Origin: Gekko japonicus
Lineage: Eukaryota
Direction: 5' to 3'
Assembly (NCBI RefSeq): GCF_001447785.1
Contig: NW_015161949.1
Location: 836,224 to 900,223 of the forward strand
Length of the DNA stretch: 64,000 bases
The position numbers and the translations under genes are program-made. Below are positions 23,420 through 37,367 of this stretch, piece after piece. The notes under the pieces were generated by a model. That model searched no databases and was not told the DNA's origin. It saw only the letters and a program-made list of their open reading frames with translations. Every line of letters starts with the position of its first letter. Position 1 is the stretch's first letter.

Positions 23420-24555
23420 CTCTCATTATGATTTACGCTGATGACACCCAGCTCTATCTGATGTTGTGTGGCCAATCGGACTCCAGACTGGAAGATCTGG
23501 ACCAGGTGTTGCAAGCCGTGGCTGGTTGGCTCAAACTGAGCCAGCTGAAGCTGAACCCAGTGCCTGGGCCGGGGCAGTTTGGGGGTAGGGATCCCACTCC
23601 CGACCTTTGGTGGGGCACCATTGGTGCCAGTGCCAGAGGTTAGGAGTTTGGGAGTGCTCCTGGATGCCCAGGTAGCAGCCACTGCTAAGTTGGCCTTTTA
23701 CCATCTTCGACTCATTCGGCAGCTGGTTCCCTTCCTCGGCCATGATGACCTGGTTACAGTGATCCATGTGATGGTCACCTCAAGTCTAGACTACTGTAAC
23801 GCTCTTTACATGGGGCTGCCCTTGTCGCAAATCCGGAAGCTGCAGCTAGTGCAGAATGCCACAGCCAGGCTTCTGATGGACCTTCCTAAATGGGAGCACA
23901 TCCAGCCTACGCTGAAGGCACTGCACTGGCTGCCAATAGCTACCAAATCTGCTTCAAGGTGCTGGTACTTACCTTTAAAGCCCTATATGGCCAGGGTCTG
24001 AAATACCTGAGGGACCGCCTGTCGCCCCATATACCCCAGAGAGCACTACGGTCAGGGTCACAACACCGACTGACCATTTCAGGCCCTAAGGCTCACTGTC
24101 ACCAGGGCCAGGGCCTTTTCAGTGGTGGCTCCACACTGGTGGAATGAGCTCCCAGAAGAGATCAGGGCCCTCCGGGATCTTTTACAGTTCCACAGGCTCT
24201 GCAAGGCAGAGCTCTTCCACCAGGCTTTCAGTTAGGAGCTGCCAAACCACTACCACCAAGATCTGTGGTTATGGGTTGGCCTGGCCTGGAGATTGTGCCA
24301 CACCATCACGCAATGCCGAAAGATCACTGACTTGGAAACAATTGCTTGTATATTACCTGGTATGCCGTCTTAATTTTCGAACAACTATTACTATCACTAG
24401 CACTTTGATTATTTGATTCTTTAAATTTTTAAAATGTTTTAACTTTTGCATATGATTTTATGGCACTGTGTACCAATAAATGTAAGCTGCCCTGAGCCTG
24501 TTCGTGGGAAGGGTGGGGTATAAATAGAATTAATAAATAAATAATAAATAAATAT
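23420..24555 (+). mobile_element. 5'-truncated L2 LINE (RT C-terminal half, frameshifted)
   Basis: YADDTQLY, LKLNP, SLDYCNALY.GLP, LQLVQNATARLL and LHWLP motifs, with a tgtaagctgccctgag...(aata)n tail. Confidence 0.9.
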
Positions 24556-26118
24556 TTTATTTGTTATATTCTTAGCACTTGCTTTCACATTGTGCAGTGA
24601 GAGTTGCACAATGTGAATCAGGTTTTATTCAGGGATGGACAGGAAAAGTGATGGTCTGGACCTACTTATTCCCTTTCTGCTAAGATCAGTCTTGGTTTGA
24701 ATCAGAACGAAGTTTTTTTTAAAGTTACCAAGTGAAAATGGACATGCAGCCTATCATTTGCATAACATCCAAGCAGGTTGAAATGTCCATTGTGCTTTTC
24801 GCTGTTATCCATTTTGGTCATTTTTTTTGGGAAAAAAATCTAAGTGCTGTATTATAGAGATTCTGAACTTGTTCCTAAATGAAATGGAAATCTGAATGGG
24901 ATCACAAGTCTAAAGAAGTGCTGTAGGAATTCTTCTACGCTGGGTTACATTTGAAGGGTAAAGCTGGAATGCTGAGACATTCCATAATATGTGTGGGTCA
25001 GGTGAGCATGATATGTTCAGCTCATAAAAACAAAAGCAGGAGATTTATACAGATGTGTGGCAGCATCTGGATAGGATTTAACTGCCTTCACATCTGCACC
25101 TGGACATCAAATGTAAGCAGAGAAAAAGGCCCTCCTGTTTGCCCAGAGCAGCAAGCTAAGAGAGGGCTCTGAATGGTGCTGCCAGATCAAACATTATCCA
25201 GATGTCTCTTGCATTGTCTCCTTTTCCACACATTGTTTTAGTATTTTCATTTTTCTTTGGTTTGTTAATGTTATATGCATGGAGCTTGAGTGGTGGTAGT
25301 GTGGAAGTCAATGAAAATGAAGCAGAACTTGTAAACAAGTAAGTCCTAACCCAAGAGGTCAATTCCAAAGAGAACAGTTCGTGTTAACAGAAAGTATGTT
25401 GTTGAATTTCCATCCCCCCCCCTCAATAGTGAAGATTTTATCTTTTAGCTAAACAAAACTGAAATGAAAGAAATGATTGAGGATTATTTACAGTTTACAG
25501 CTTTCAAAAAGGGTGTCAGGTGAGATTTACGGACAATCTACATATTCCACCAAAAAGCCAGTTGGAAAAAATTAATATTTTAACATATTTTGGGAAGGAG
25601 AAGGCTATTGATAACAATGACAAGTATTTCTTCTCTAGTTCATTGGTTTTTCTTGCACAGACAGAGGGGGGGACATCACTGAAGACATGAGGGAGAAGTA
25701 GTGGGCAAGTGATGAAAAAAAGTTAGATCACCAACACCTCCTTCATCTTAGGTATGGTAAGAACACTATGCCCATTCACACCTGAAAGGATAATGCTGCA
25801 ATTGCATTGGGAGCTAAATAAATCATCATAGAGTTTGAAAGACTATAGAAAATTCTGAATAGCAATACTTTGGAGGAACTTTATTTGGATTCTAAAGAAT
25901 CAACAAGTAAACAAATACTGTCAGTAATGGATAAAACAACGCTTGTTGGCACGCAAACTACCACAAAATGTCACCCATTTGTGCATTTAGTCTTCACTGC
26001 ACACTGAACTGTCATCTTATGGTCAAAAGTCAAGTAAAATTCACATTGGTTTTTGTTAAATCTTGGGTTTCTTTTTCCTTATAGTGCTGATTTGACTCCA
26101 TTAACATATAGTGTACTG

Positions 26119-26580
26119 TCAGGGCCACAGTGTGGTGTCTATGGGTACTATGGCACCCGCCAACATCTTTCCTAGTGCCTGCCAAGTGTTTTTTAAAAGT
26201 GGGTGGAGCCATTGGGGTTTTGCCCAGCAGGGCTTTTGGTTGGCCATTGGAGATCAGATTGGCTGTGCAGGTTTAAAAAAAAAAAATGCTTCAGCAACAG
26301 CTGCCAGAACAGCACAAAGTTCTTCACTGTGTGACTGAAGGTAAGCTGTGTATATGGAAGAAATTATTTTTAAAAAACATGTTAATTTTAAAAGGCATCC
26401 TGTTAATAAGAGCTTCTTCCTGAAATGTTGAACAGTTACTATTAGATTTTTGCATAACCTCACTCCCTGACATTTTGAGGTTGGCTCTGCCTCCAGGGGC
26501 AGCCATTTTGACGTTGTTCCCACCACCCTGTGTCAGAATTCCAAAGGTTCCTGCAGGCTTAGAAAGATTGGAGACCCCTG
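26119..26580. mobile_element. hAT-like non-autonomous DNA transposon
   Basis: cagg...ggagacccctg termini of the caggggtctcc type. Confidence 0.5.
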
Positions 26581-27148
26581 ATTAAAAGGCCCAAATCTTC
26601 ACTTGTTTGCTTTTTGTACGTTGCTGCAACAAACAGGGGGGGGGGGGTTGTCAAATGAATAGTTTGTTTTTTGAAGCTCAGAGCCACCTCTACTTTTTAC
26701 TTCATTTGTGGTCTTTGGTAACTCGTGTGTTTATCATATGGCAAACTTACAAGCATGAGAATTATCCTGCTGATGACATTCAAAAATATAATACCTCTGA
26801 GCATGGAAGTTCCATTTGCTTTTCATGATGAATAGAAGGAGAAAGCAATGGGAAGAACTAGGATGAAGGAGGAGAAGGAACTCTGGGGAAGTGGAGTCTT
26901 GTCAGGTGTGGAGGGAGTGGCTTGACAATATAAGTAGAAAATGTAGTGCTATGCTTGCCAGAGATATTAGCTGTCACTTCATGTCTCCCTGTGTGTATAA
27001 AGTGTTGTCAGGTCACAGCTGATTTATGGTTACCCCATAGGATTTTCACGGCAAATGATTAAGCAGAGGTTGTTTGCCATTGCCTTCCTTCGAGAACTCT
27101 TCTTTAGTGGTTTCCCATCCAAGTATCAACCCTGCTTAGCTTCCAGGC

Positions 27149-27508
27149 CAGGGCTATTTTTTGGGCAGGAATGCACAGGAACAGACTTCCAGCTGGCTTC
27201 AGAGTTGGCCACGCCCACCACAGCCAAAACGTCTGCATGCGTGGCTACAGAGGGAAGGCCTGGAGAGCACCCCCCTGGTGACTCTGAGGCAGGGGGGCCA
27301 GGGGGGCCCTGGAAGGATTGGGGAGGCCTGTCCAAGGGCCACGATGTGCCCGGGCAAGCCAAGGGAAGGTATGGGAATGTGGCCTAATATGCTAATGAGC
27401 TGTGCTGTCAGGGGTGTGGCCTAATATGCCAATGAGTTTCTGCTGTTGGGTGTGACCTATTATACTAATGAGTTCCTGCTGGGCTTTTTCTACCAAAAAA
27501 AAGCCCTG
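27149..27508. mobile_element. hAT MITE inserted in a 5S-derived SINE (~26990-27148)
   Basis: TIR cagggct.ttttt/aaaaaaagccctg and a perfect 8-bp TSD ttccaggc (27141-27148 and 27509-27516). A partial related copy lies at ~13547-13640. Confidence 0.85.
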
Positions 27509-28373
27509 TTCCAGGCTATACTATACCATTCCACATCCCCCATGTCTCTGTAGTTCAGTGTAAAATGGGGAAAGCAGACTCTAATACAGGGCATGAACAC
27601 ATTTCTCAGCTGTTTAAAATTAAAATGGTATTGATTCCACACTGATATGCAGATGAGAAGTGATCATGCAAAATCCAGGTTATCACACAGGAATGCTTGA
27701 GATCATACTGAAAGTACTTTACAGAACTACTTTACATACCATTTGCTAGAGATCTCTAGATTCAAACTCAAGCAGATGTTGGCTAATTTATAGGACCTCA
27801 TCATTTCATGTTGCATTACGGTTTTCACACACAGGAAAGTTATATTGTATATATGTAAAAGCATATTGTGAGAAAGCATCTGGCCTGTAACTGTCTGAAG
27901 AACTCGTTTTCTGCAACTGACGAGTCCCCATCCCCACATCTGTGGATGTGCTAGGTGAGTATATGATGGAACATTCGGTTTCCTGACTCAGATATTCTGA
28001 TCTCTGCCCTCACCGAGGAAGGCAATAGCATTTTGTACCTGATGAGAGATGTTCAGTTAGTCTGGAAGTGTGGATCAAAACAATCCCATGGAAACCATGG
28101 AAATCTGAATACCTGGAACTCAGCACTGCTCTGGAGCCCAATATTGCACACTTGAAATCAAAAATGTAAATATTGTTTCAAAGAAAATGTCTAGGAATAG
28201 ATGTTCTAAGTCCTTCTCCAATACAGTGCTCATAAGATGAGCAATTACTGACTGACAAATAAATGCAAAGTTGGGCTATCTCCCACTGAAACTCTTCCCA
28301 TGACTCCAGTTCAAATAGAAACCTGCACACAATGCAGAGTTCTTTAACAAGGGTGAAAAAAACCTGCTTCCTT

Positions 28374-28383
28374 CTCTCACACA

Positions 28384-28428
<45 letters not shown>
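28374..28428. repeat. (TC)n(CA)n microsatellite
   Basis: Directly visible. Confidence 0.95.
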
Positions 28429-28429
<1 letters not shown>

Positions 28430-28553
28430 AGCACACTTACCTCCCCGTACTCCCCTCTCCTTTGTAGTGCTGAACACAGAAACGAATCTAAGAAATCTGG
28501 GCAGTCTATCAGTTTGCCATGGTTCATTTTAGCTAATCCAGACATCTAGCACA

Positions 28554-28693
28554 NNNNNNNNNNNNNNNNNNNNNNNNNNNNNNNNNNNNNNNNNNNNNNN
28601 NNNNNNNNNNNNNNNNNNNNNNNNNNNNNNNNNNNNNNNNNNNNNNNNNNNNNNNNNNNNNNNNNNNNNNNNNNNNNNNNNNNNNNNNNNNNN
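28554..28693. other. Assembly gap
   Basis: Run of N. Confidence 1.
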
Positions 28694-29607
28694 TTGTCTG
28701 GGACAAGAACTCATCATAATGGACTCAATAATAAAACACTGGCAGACATGCTGTGTGCAGCGCCCATCTACGCTAGAGCTTTTAGCGTCCTTAATTGATA
28801 CAGTTCCTGCAGGAGAAGTCTAGAAGGCATTTTTGTGTGGCTTGACATTTTACAAGTCGCTTTCTTTCCTTTTAGCCAGGGCCAGCCTTTCTGTGCGTGT
28901 TCCTCATTGCTATATACCTTTACATGAGAGGTGCCTTGTAATTGCAAGCTGGTAAATAGCTCCTTTTTGCATTCCTTGAGCAGCTGAACAAAAGGAGAGT
29001 TCAAGAAGGTTCACAAGAAGACAAGTGTTCAACTGCTGAATAAAGGACAGACCCCAAAAGAATTTTTGCATTAAAAAGCCTGTTCAGAAAAACAATAAAT
29101 GCCAAATGCTGAGGGCCAATTCATGTATTCATTGGCATATGGGAGCTATCTGTTCTTGGCTAGCTGGTCATTTGCACTTTCTATTTGCAATCTTTTGCAA
29201 CCCTGCAAAAATAACTTTTGCTGAAGTGTGATCCTGTAAATAGCAGTGACAGTAAACTCCCAGCAAGCCTGGAATAGACAAAATGGAATTTCAGACAGCT
29301 ACTATGTTCTCAGTGGCTCTTAACTGGCTTTTGTCTCAGTGATGTGCCAAATATAATTATTACCTCCCTAATTTTCTGATTTTCTTTGATCTCCTAGTCA
29401 TATCCCCTCAAGTTGCAGTTAATTGTTTTGAATATTCCATGGGAACATACCTCTGTTACGTAATCAATCCTTTGTGGACTTTGGTTGTGTTGTGCAGGGG
29501 CATCACTATGCTCTCCCATGGATTTGAACAAATCTGTGTGCCCAAAACCCACAAAAGTGAATGAAAACATTTGCAGATCTGTTCAGTGTGCACTTTGGGG
29601 TCCACGC

Positions 29608-29955
29608 TAGGGATGGGCATGAACCAGGAAAATGTGGTTCATTTTGGTTCATGGCATGCCTGGTTTGTGAGGCATGAAGTGGACACCCTGCAAGCTACAC
29701 ACACCAAATGCACAGGCTGGAAAATTCTGCTCCCCCCCACCAGTGCTCCAAAGTTTGGTTAACATTCTGATTGACTGGGGACAGTCTGACTGTAAATGTG
29801 TCCACTCATTAACCACCATGAACCATCATGAACCACTTGACAGTTCATAGAAAGTTCGTGCCAGTTGACCTGCCATGAACTTCAGTTCACAAACCACAAA
29901 CTGGCCAAAATATGTCATGAACGTTCGTTGATGAGCCAGTTTGTACCCATCCATA
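29608..29955. mobile_element. hAT non-autonomous element, same family as 1239-1986
   Basis: tagggatgggcatgaac...gtttgtacccatccata termini with 8-bp TSD gtccacgc/gtccacac. Confidence 0.8.
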
Positions 29956-30411
29956 GTCCACACAGACTTCAGAATTAGAGCAATAATCTAGGCCTGTGGG
30001 GATCAAGCATAATTTAAGGGGATAAACCTCCAAAGAAAGTTTAGAAAACTGGTAAAGGGCCAAAAGTTAAAAACATCAATAGGTATAGACAAAAGTATAT
30101 GTGTTTATTTCAAAATAAAGTCCAAATAAAGCCTCATAAAGTAATCAAAGTGACAAATACACAAAGAAACATATATGACCTGACACATTTCAGCCCACAA
30201 GAACCTTCTTCAGAGGTCAAATAGTACAGAATACAACTTTCAACAAAGCCCCTGTTACACTTGTAAGGCAGTAAACAATTGATATAGGACCAAAAATGGA
30301 ATGTTCCAATCTGGAACTGAATGACACACAACAAATTTTGTGTGACCACAAATGTATTTGGCCCTGTGTCAGAAGCAATTACATATATTGGAGGAAGTAA
30401 CATTGCCAATA

Positions 30412-33400
30412 TTTTTACTTATTTATTTTTTGTATTTGTATCTCGCCCATCCCGCGAGCGGGCTCAGGGTGGGTCACATAATCTTTCAACAATACAATAA
30501 GGTTTAAAAGCAACATAAACATTTAAAATCAGTAGTTATAGCTACTGGTGAAAGTTCCAACCCATTAATACAGATGGATATGGCCGGTTGCCGATAGATG
30601 GATGGTCAGCAGGTAGGAGACAGCAACCTCGGGGAGGCCACATGTGGGAGCCCGCTGCCTCAGCCAAAAGTCTGGTGGAACAGTTCCATCTTGCAGGCCC
30701 AGTGTAACTGAATAAGATCCCGCAGGGCCCTGATCTCGATGGGGAGCATGTTCCACCAGGTGGGAGCCAGGGCAGAGAAGGTCCTGGCCCTGGTCGAGGC
30801 TAGACGGACATCTTTTGGGCCAGGGACCGCTAGGAGATGTTGATTATTAGAGCATAAAGTTCTTCGAGGTGTATACGGGAAGAGGTGGTACCTTAAATAT
30901 GTTGGTCCCAGGCCATATAAGGCTTTGAAGATTATTACCAACACCTTGAAGTGGATCTGGTACTCAACTGGTAACCAGTGCAGCTGGCAAAGCACATACT
31001 GAACATGAGCCCGCACAGGCATCGACATCAGCAGGCACACCACCACATTTTAAACCAGCTGTAATTTCCAGATCAGCCTAAGGGTAAGCCTGCGTAGAGC
31101 AAATTGCAGTAATCAAGCCTGGAAGTGACCATTGCATGGATCACTGTAGCTAGGTTTTTTTGGGGGGGAGATAGGGCTTCAGTAGCCTGATCTGCCTAAG
31201 ATGGAAGAATGCAGATCTGGCAACTGCGGCAACCTGGGCCTCCATGAACAGAGAGGCATCCAGTGTTACTCCCAGGCTCCTCACTATCTGGGCTGGCACC
31301 AAAGGTACTCCTTCCAGTGTGGGGATCCTGGTGCCCACATCCATGCTCCCTCGACCCAGGTAGAGGACCGCCATCTCTGATGGATTAAACTTCAACCGAC
31401 TCTGCTGCAACCATTCAGCCATAGCTTCCAATGCCTCACCCAGCTTTCTGGGAAAAGAAAATGGATGGCCATCCATGAACAGATAGAGCTGGGCGTCATC
31501 AGCATATTGGTGACAGCCCAGCCCATAACTCCAGACTAACTGGGTGAGGGGGTGCATATATATGTTAAACAACATTGGTGAGAGGATTGCCCCCTGTGGC
31601 ACTCCACATTCTAGCAAGATCCTCTCATCAAGTGCCACCCTCTGTCCCTGACCATGGAGAAAGGAGGAAAACCATTTCAAGGCAGTCCCCTGAACTCCTA
31701 CGTCAGCGAGGCAGTGGGTCATAAGATTGTAGCCGACCGTGTAAAACGCTGCCATTAGGTCTAATAACAACAGCAGCACTGACCCGCCTTGGTCCAGATG
31801 TCTACAGAGGTCATCTGTGAGAGCAACCAGAGCCGTCTCCATCCAGGGCAGAAGCCAGACTGGAAGGAGTCAAGGATGGAAGCGTCATCCAGGAAAGCCT
31901 GGAGTGGTTCGGCCACTGCTCTCTCAACTACCTTACCCAGGAACTGTAAGTTCAATACTGGGTGGTAGTTGGTCAGGACCATTGGGTCCAGTGATGGATT
32001 TTTCAAGAGCAGATGAACCACCGCCTCCTTCAAATCCTCTAGGAAAGTCCCACTAGAGAAGGACAAGTTGATAATTTCTCCCATAGGAGCCCAAATGCTC
32101 TCCCCACAAGATTTAACTAGCCAGGAAGGGCATGGGCCAAGGAGGCAGGTAGGAGGTCTCACCACTGCCAGGATCCTGTCAACTTCCTCCTGGGACAGTC
32201 GATCGAAGTGATCCAATGCCAGACCAGAAGACAGACAAGGGGCTTCCAGTCTCTTTACTGTCTCAATTGTGGCCAGGAGGTCTTGGCAGAGTGTCACAAT
32301 CTTATCTGTGAAATAGTTCACAGCTGCCTCACAGCCAATAGCCAATTCCCTACTATTTGGTCTGCCCTGTGGCAGAGTTGTAATAGACCGAATAATTCTA
32401 AACAATTGGGCTGGGTGCGATCTCGCAGATGCAATGGAGGCCGTGTAGAAATCTTTCTTTGCAGCCTTCACTGCCAACTCATAGGCCTTCATAAACATCC
32501 TATAAGATGTTTGTGACACCTTGTCACAAGCACACCGCCACCTTTGCTCTAGCCGTCTTAGCTCCCACTTCATCTTCTGTAGCTCTGTGGAATACCACGG
32601 TGCTGCTTTGGTGTGAGGGCATAGAGGGCACCAGGGGCGGTCTCATCAATGACTTCAGAGAGCCGCTTATCTCAGTCCTCCACCAGTTCATCCAATGAGG
32701 CACTAGGGGGCATTAGATCCCGCAGAGCTTCCTGAAGCTGACTAGGGCCCATTTGACTTTGCAGGCGAGCATAAGTACACTCGTCACCTAAACAGGGTGG
32801 ATATGGTATGCTCAGCCGGATCTTCAGGGCAAAGTGGTCAGACCATGGGACTACATCCATAGTCATCAGATCCACATGTATCCCCATCCCAAAAATCAGA
32901 TCCAGCATGTGGCCCGCTTGGTGCGTGGGAGTCGATATAAACTGGGAGAATCCTAGTGCCTTCATGGACGACAATAGATCCCTGGCCTGGACAGACACTG
33001 CATCATTGACATGAACATTGAAGTCACCCAGGATCAGAAGCCTGGGATATTCCAGTGCCCAGCCAGATACAGCATCTAACAGGTCGGACAGGGTATCTGC
33101 CAGTGCGTTAGGTGGTCAGTGCACCAGCAAGATAGCCAAATTCTCCTCGATGTCACATGCCAGTCCAACACATTCAATGCTGGAGATTGTTGGGGTGGGA
33201 AGCAAAGCCACACACACCCCCGCCCATACATCTATGACTGATGAAAGACTGAGAACCCAGGTGGGGTAAGTTGGTTCAAGGTGACAGTTTCAACATCCCT
33301 CACCCAGGTCTCAGTCACACAAGCCAGGTTTACCTGTGACTCCATAAGATAATCACAGAGCACATCAGTCTTATTATTAATAGACCTGGCACTGAATAAC

Positions 33401-33900
33401 ACCATTGTCAGAGAAGGGTAAATTTTCCTAGCCCCACAACCAATGCTCCCTCTAAGCTGTGGAGTCTTGTGAGCAAAAATTCTCCTTTGCGAGGTACTGG
33501 CATTAAGCTGTGAGCAAGAAATTTGGCTGCTGCATAAATTACTTTGCTCTGGAGTCATCCTTCCTGAGCTGAGACAAAAATGTGTGAGCTGGAGGCTAAA
33601 ACACTGTGAGCTAGCTCACACTAACTCAGCTTAGAGGGAACACTGCCAACAACCAACATCTCTTGGGATGGGACCTAGGTAGGAAGAAATCCGAGCATTT
33701 CCATATCTCTGACTCCTTCCATTCCCGTTAATGGAAGAGCACCTACGCCCACCACTATATCTCCCCCGTGCCATAATCGCTGGTATCCCTGATCCTTGCA
33801 TGCTCCTCCTTCATCGGTGTTGTCAATCATAATGCTCTCCAACAACCAGCAGAGGCTGTAACTATCCAAATTATAAAACCTACACAGCTCTTCGCAGACC
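30412..33900 (-). mobile_element. Long decayed L2 LINE with APE endonuclease and RT (multiple frameshifts)
   Basis: ARSINNK, CVTETW, GDFNVH, PTHQAGHMLDL and SDHF (endonuclease); FQSGF, GVPQGAILSPMLFNIYM, HQYADD and LHWLPV (RT); (aaat)n tail at ~30412-30440. The 5' boundary is approximate. Confidence 0.92.
33441..33645. mobile_element. hAT MITE inserted in the L2
   Basis: TIR caatgctccctctaagctg/cagcttagagggaacactg and 8-bp TSD cccacaac/ccaacaac. A second, truncated copy lies at ~52495-52678. Confidence 0.8.
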
Positions 33901-35729
33901 CTTGTCTAGACTAGATACCCTGTTGTCTCCTCTCACTATCTAATAAACAGTACAATCAATATGATCAATTCCAATATATATAATTCTATTAGAAAATCAA
34001 TGGCTCAATTAATCAGTGGGAAAATTAAAATTAGGTTCGGGGAAAATTTATATAGGTCATTCAAAGTTACCCTACCTCTAACCTCCCCACCCCCACCACA
34101 TTAATATGTTCCTTCTAGTTTAGGTCCTAAGAGTACAAGTAAAATTGCCTTATCTGGGCCAATGTAACATCAATATGTATACATATGTTTTATTCTTTGA
34201 AGGTTTTTGCTTGGTTGACTTAGTGTCTCTTCCCTCACTTTGTGGGGGGGTAATTTAAGGGGATGCAATTTCTCTCACATTACTATCTTTTAAGGATTCC
34301 TAAACATTTTGACTTGGTTTTTGCTCTAGTACAGAAATTTTACAAACCTGCCATTTCTACAAATATACTTTTAGTCAATTGAATTATTACATTCAGGGTT
34401 TTTCCCTCTAACCATGCTAACAGGCAGTCTGTTATACTGTAACAACAGGCATTGGTCATCTTTCCTAAATGAACGTATGTTCGTTTTTTAGCATGTCAGA
34501 AAGGGAAGGTGTTAGATGGATTGTTGCCACTGATTTAGAATGTCAGGATCTTCCACTGAGAAAGAAAGTTATCTAATCTAGTTTTTATACAGAAGATCAC
34601 ATGCTTGCCACAAGACTGTGTCGGGGAAGCCTACTTTTTGTTTCTTAACTACTAAGTTGTTGGGTACTGTGAATCATTAAAAAGGTAACACATTACATGA
34701 TTGTGAGCATGGCTCTAAAGATAGGCAGGGAAGGGGTACTTATGGGAGCCTTGGAAGTGGTATGTACAATGCAGGTACAAGAAAACACATGCCTTTTATT
34801 CTTCTTCCAGTCTATGAAAAAGTACTAGTTTCAAGCATCTGGACACAGGCCCAGATTGGTGCTGGGAAGCTGGCCATTGCTAACAACAAACTTTTTGATT
34901 ATATGCTGTTGATTTGGAGGAAGTTCTTTGTTGTTATTTTCTTTACTTGGATCATTTTATCCTTTGTTTTCCTTTTGCTCTTTTTTGTCAGAGGCTGTCT
35001 CCATAAGTAACATTTAAACTTGCTTTTGCATCCTCCCATGTTTACAGTGTGAATGTCAACCCTGCACATACATTCCATTTAAAATGGATTGTTTCCACTT
35101 TTTTATTCTGCTTTAACCTACTTTCCATGTGATGCATTCTAGAAGGAAAATGATTGCTTAGGTCACTTGTTCAAACCTCTTATTTTCTCAGCTGAGAATA
35201 TGTGATCTATGATTGTGCACATGAAAGACTAAAACCTAATTCACACATTCCAGTATTTCCCACTAGCTGCAGCTACTTGGTGGAAGTAACATATGAGCTG
35301 ACTACAAATTTTTGTAACAATTCACACTCACTAGAAGGGGACTCTTGCACATATGAACTAGCCAAATTGTTCTGAAAATGTTGGCCATCTTAACTCTCAG
35401 GTTTTTATACTCTGCTGATCATCATCAGGAGACTATGTAATTAGGTGCTAGACAAAGGATGCAATGTTACAGCCACTAACTTAGCAGTAAGCTGTTTTGG
35501 ATACAGTGGGACTTATTTCTGAATCAATATGTATGAAATCAGCTGCATAGAAAGGCAGGGTAGCTTGGAAGCTATGAGTCAGGAAGTCTCTCAAATGTTG
35601 TCTTTGCTATCAACTTAGTAATTGGCTTTTGCCAGGGTAGTTGGATGTGGAATGGCATAGTATAACTGGAAGACTCTGCAGAGGAAGACAAAGACAAACC
35701 ACCTCTACTTAATCGCTTGACTTGAAAAC

Positions 35730-36183
35730 TGTTAGGTGATAGTGAGATATTGAAAAAAGGGTATTTAGCAGAGATAATATAGTCTAGCAGAGCCAGAGTA
35801 AAATAATTCAGACTGAGAGTCCATGTGTGATTAAAATATAAAGTTTTTACTAAATTCTAGCATGGGGTAACTGGGATGAAAATAACAAAAGTGCATAATC
35901 GGCTACATCCTTACACTACAAAGATAAAACTAGAAGAGAGAGATTATGGCTGCTCTTCTTCTTCTTCTTCAGAACACACAAAGACAGGGAAGAGAAGCCA
36001 TAAAATGGTAATACACCTTGACACTTTAGTCCCAATCAAATCCCTAGATCAGGGAGAAAATTCCCGGGCATCCTACAGCTAAAGAACATTGGTTACATGA
36101 GAAACATGTGACTTCCTGTGAGCAACATAAACAAACATTTAACCCCAGAGATACTGAGTGTTTTCAACTTGTAATACCCAACA
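35730..36183. mobile_element. Solo LTR inserted in a BovB-tailed SINE
   Basis: tgttagg...cccaaca termini and 4-bp TSD aaac (35726-35729 and 36184-36187). The flanks rejoin into cttgaaaaccctataag...gccataagtcag. Confidence 0.75.
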
Positions 36184-36249
36184 AAACCCTATAAGTTTGC
36201 CATAAGTCAGCTGCAGCTTGACGGTCTTCACACAAACACACACACGCGG

Positions 36250-36380
36250 TGGATTCAGGTGGGTAGCCATGTTGGTCTGAAGCAGCAGAACAAAGTTTGA
36301 GCCCAGTGGCACCTATAAGACCAACAAAGTTTTATTCAAGGTATAAGCTTTTGTGTGCTAGCAGACTTCTTCAGATCCAA
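36250..36380 (-). mobile_element. Penelope-like terminal repeat
   Basis: Near-identical in reverse complement to 13983-14110 and contains ctgaagaagt. Confidence 0.7.
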
Positions 36381-36524
36381 TGAAGTGGAAATTACCACTC
36401 CATCTGCCCATCAATCTCCAGTTTTGACATATTTGTTTCCTTCACTCCCCATCTCCATCAGGAAACTAATAATAAATGAGCTACTTTACCACATAAGTGT
36501 AAGGATTTTGGCACAGTAATAAAT

Positions 36525-36823
36525 GCCTTTAGTTCAGCACTTTGAGACCCTTGTGCCATGTGATGGAGTGAGCTCCCATCTCTGGCTGCAGCTCCTTCCA
36601 ACTTAGCAGTTCGAAAGCAAGAAATTGTAAGTAGATAAATAGGTACTGCTTTGGTGGGAAGGTAACAGCATCCTATGCTCCTCAGCATTTAGTCATGCCG
36701 GCCACATGACCACGGAGAAGTCTTTGGACAGTGCTGGCTCTTTGGCTTGGAAATGGAGATAAGCGCCACCCCCTAGAGTCAGATTCAACAGGCTTTCGCG
36801 TAAGGGAAACTTTTACCTTTACT
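36525..36823 (+). mobile_element. Sauria SINE (Squam1)
   Basis: gtgagctccc...ccaacttagcagttcgaaagc...gtagataaataggtac...gggaaggtaac...ctagagtcag, ending in an (accttt) tail. Confidence 0.85.
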
Positions 36824-36950
36824 ACTACTAGTAGTTGTTGTAGTTGTTAATGTTTTGGTGATGAAAACTGGTCCTACTAAGGCAGCTACTTCCACTTTTC
36901 AATAGAATGTCTCCCAGTCTGCTAGTCAAGGAATCAGGAAATTGCACTTA

Positions 36951-37367
36951 GGCCCCTGCCACACGGCAGGGAAAACACGAGGCGAAGTGCGGCTATTAAA
37001 AGCCACGTCAAAAAAGAAAAGCTGCGGCGGGATCCCACGGATCCTGTTAGCCACGCGCCATTGCTCCCCGGCACGATCAGATGCCGGGGAGGAAGAGGCG
37101 AGTGGGAGGGGGAGGCTGCCAAACTGCGCATGCTCGAGGATGTGCCGGCACAAGGACGCGCCAGCCGATCCCACGGTCGGCTTGAGGCACTTCAATCGGA
37201 AGAACCACCCAGGTAGGTGGTTCTTTTTGGTGTGGGTTTTCGGCCGGGAGAGACAGATCGGAGACGGGCAGGCAATGATTCCCAGATGTTGCCGTGGGAT
37301 CGTGCCGGTTTGATCCACCCCCGTTCTGTCTCGCTCCCGGACCAAAACCCCTCGTATGAACGGGGCC
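36951..37367. mobile_element. PIF/Harbinger-like MITE
   Basis: ggcccc...ggggcc termini with TTA TSD on both sides. Related to 5578-6021. Confidence 0.75.

Noticed and set aside
28920-28983. Possible small exon LLKECKKELFTSLQLQGTSHVK
   Set aside because: Plausible splice sites, but too short and unlinked to support.
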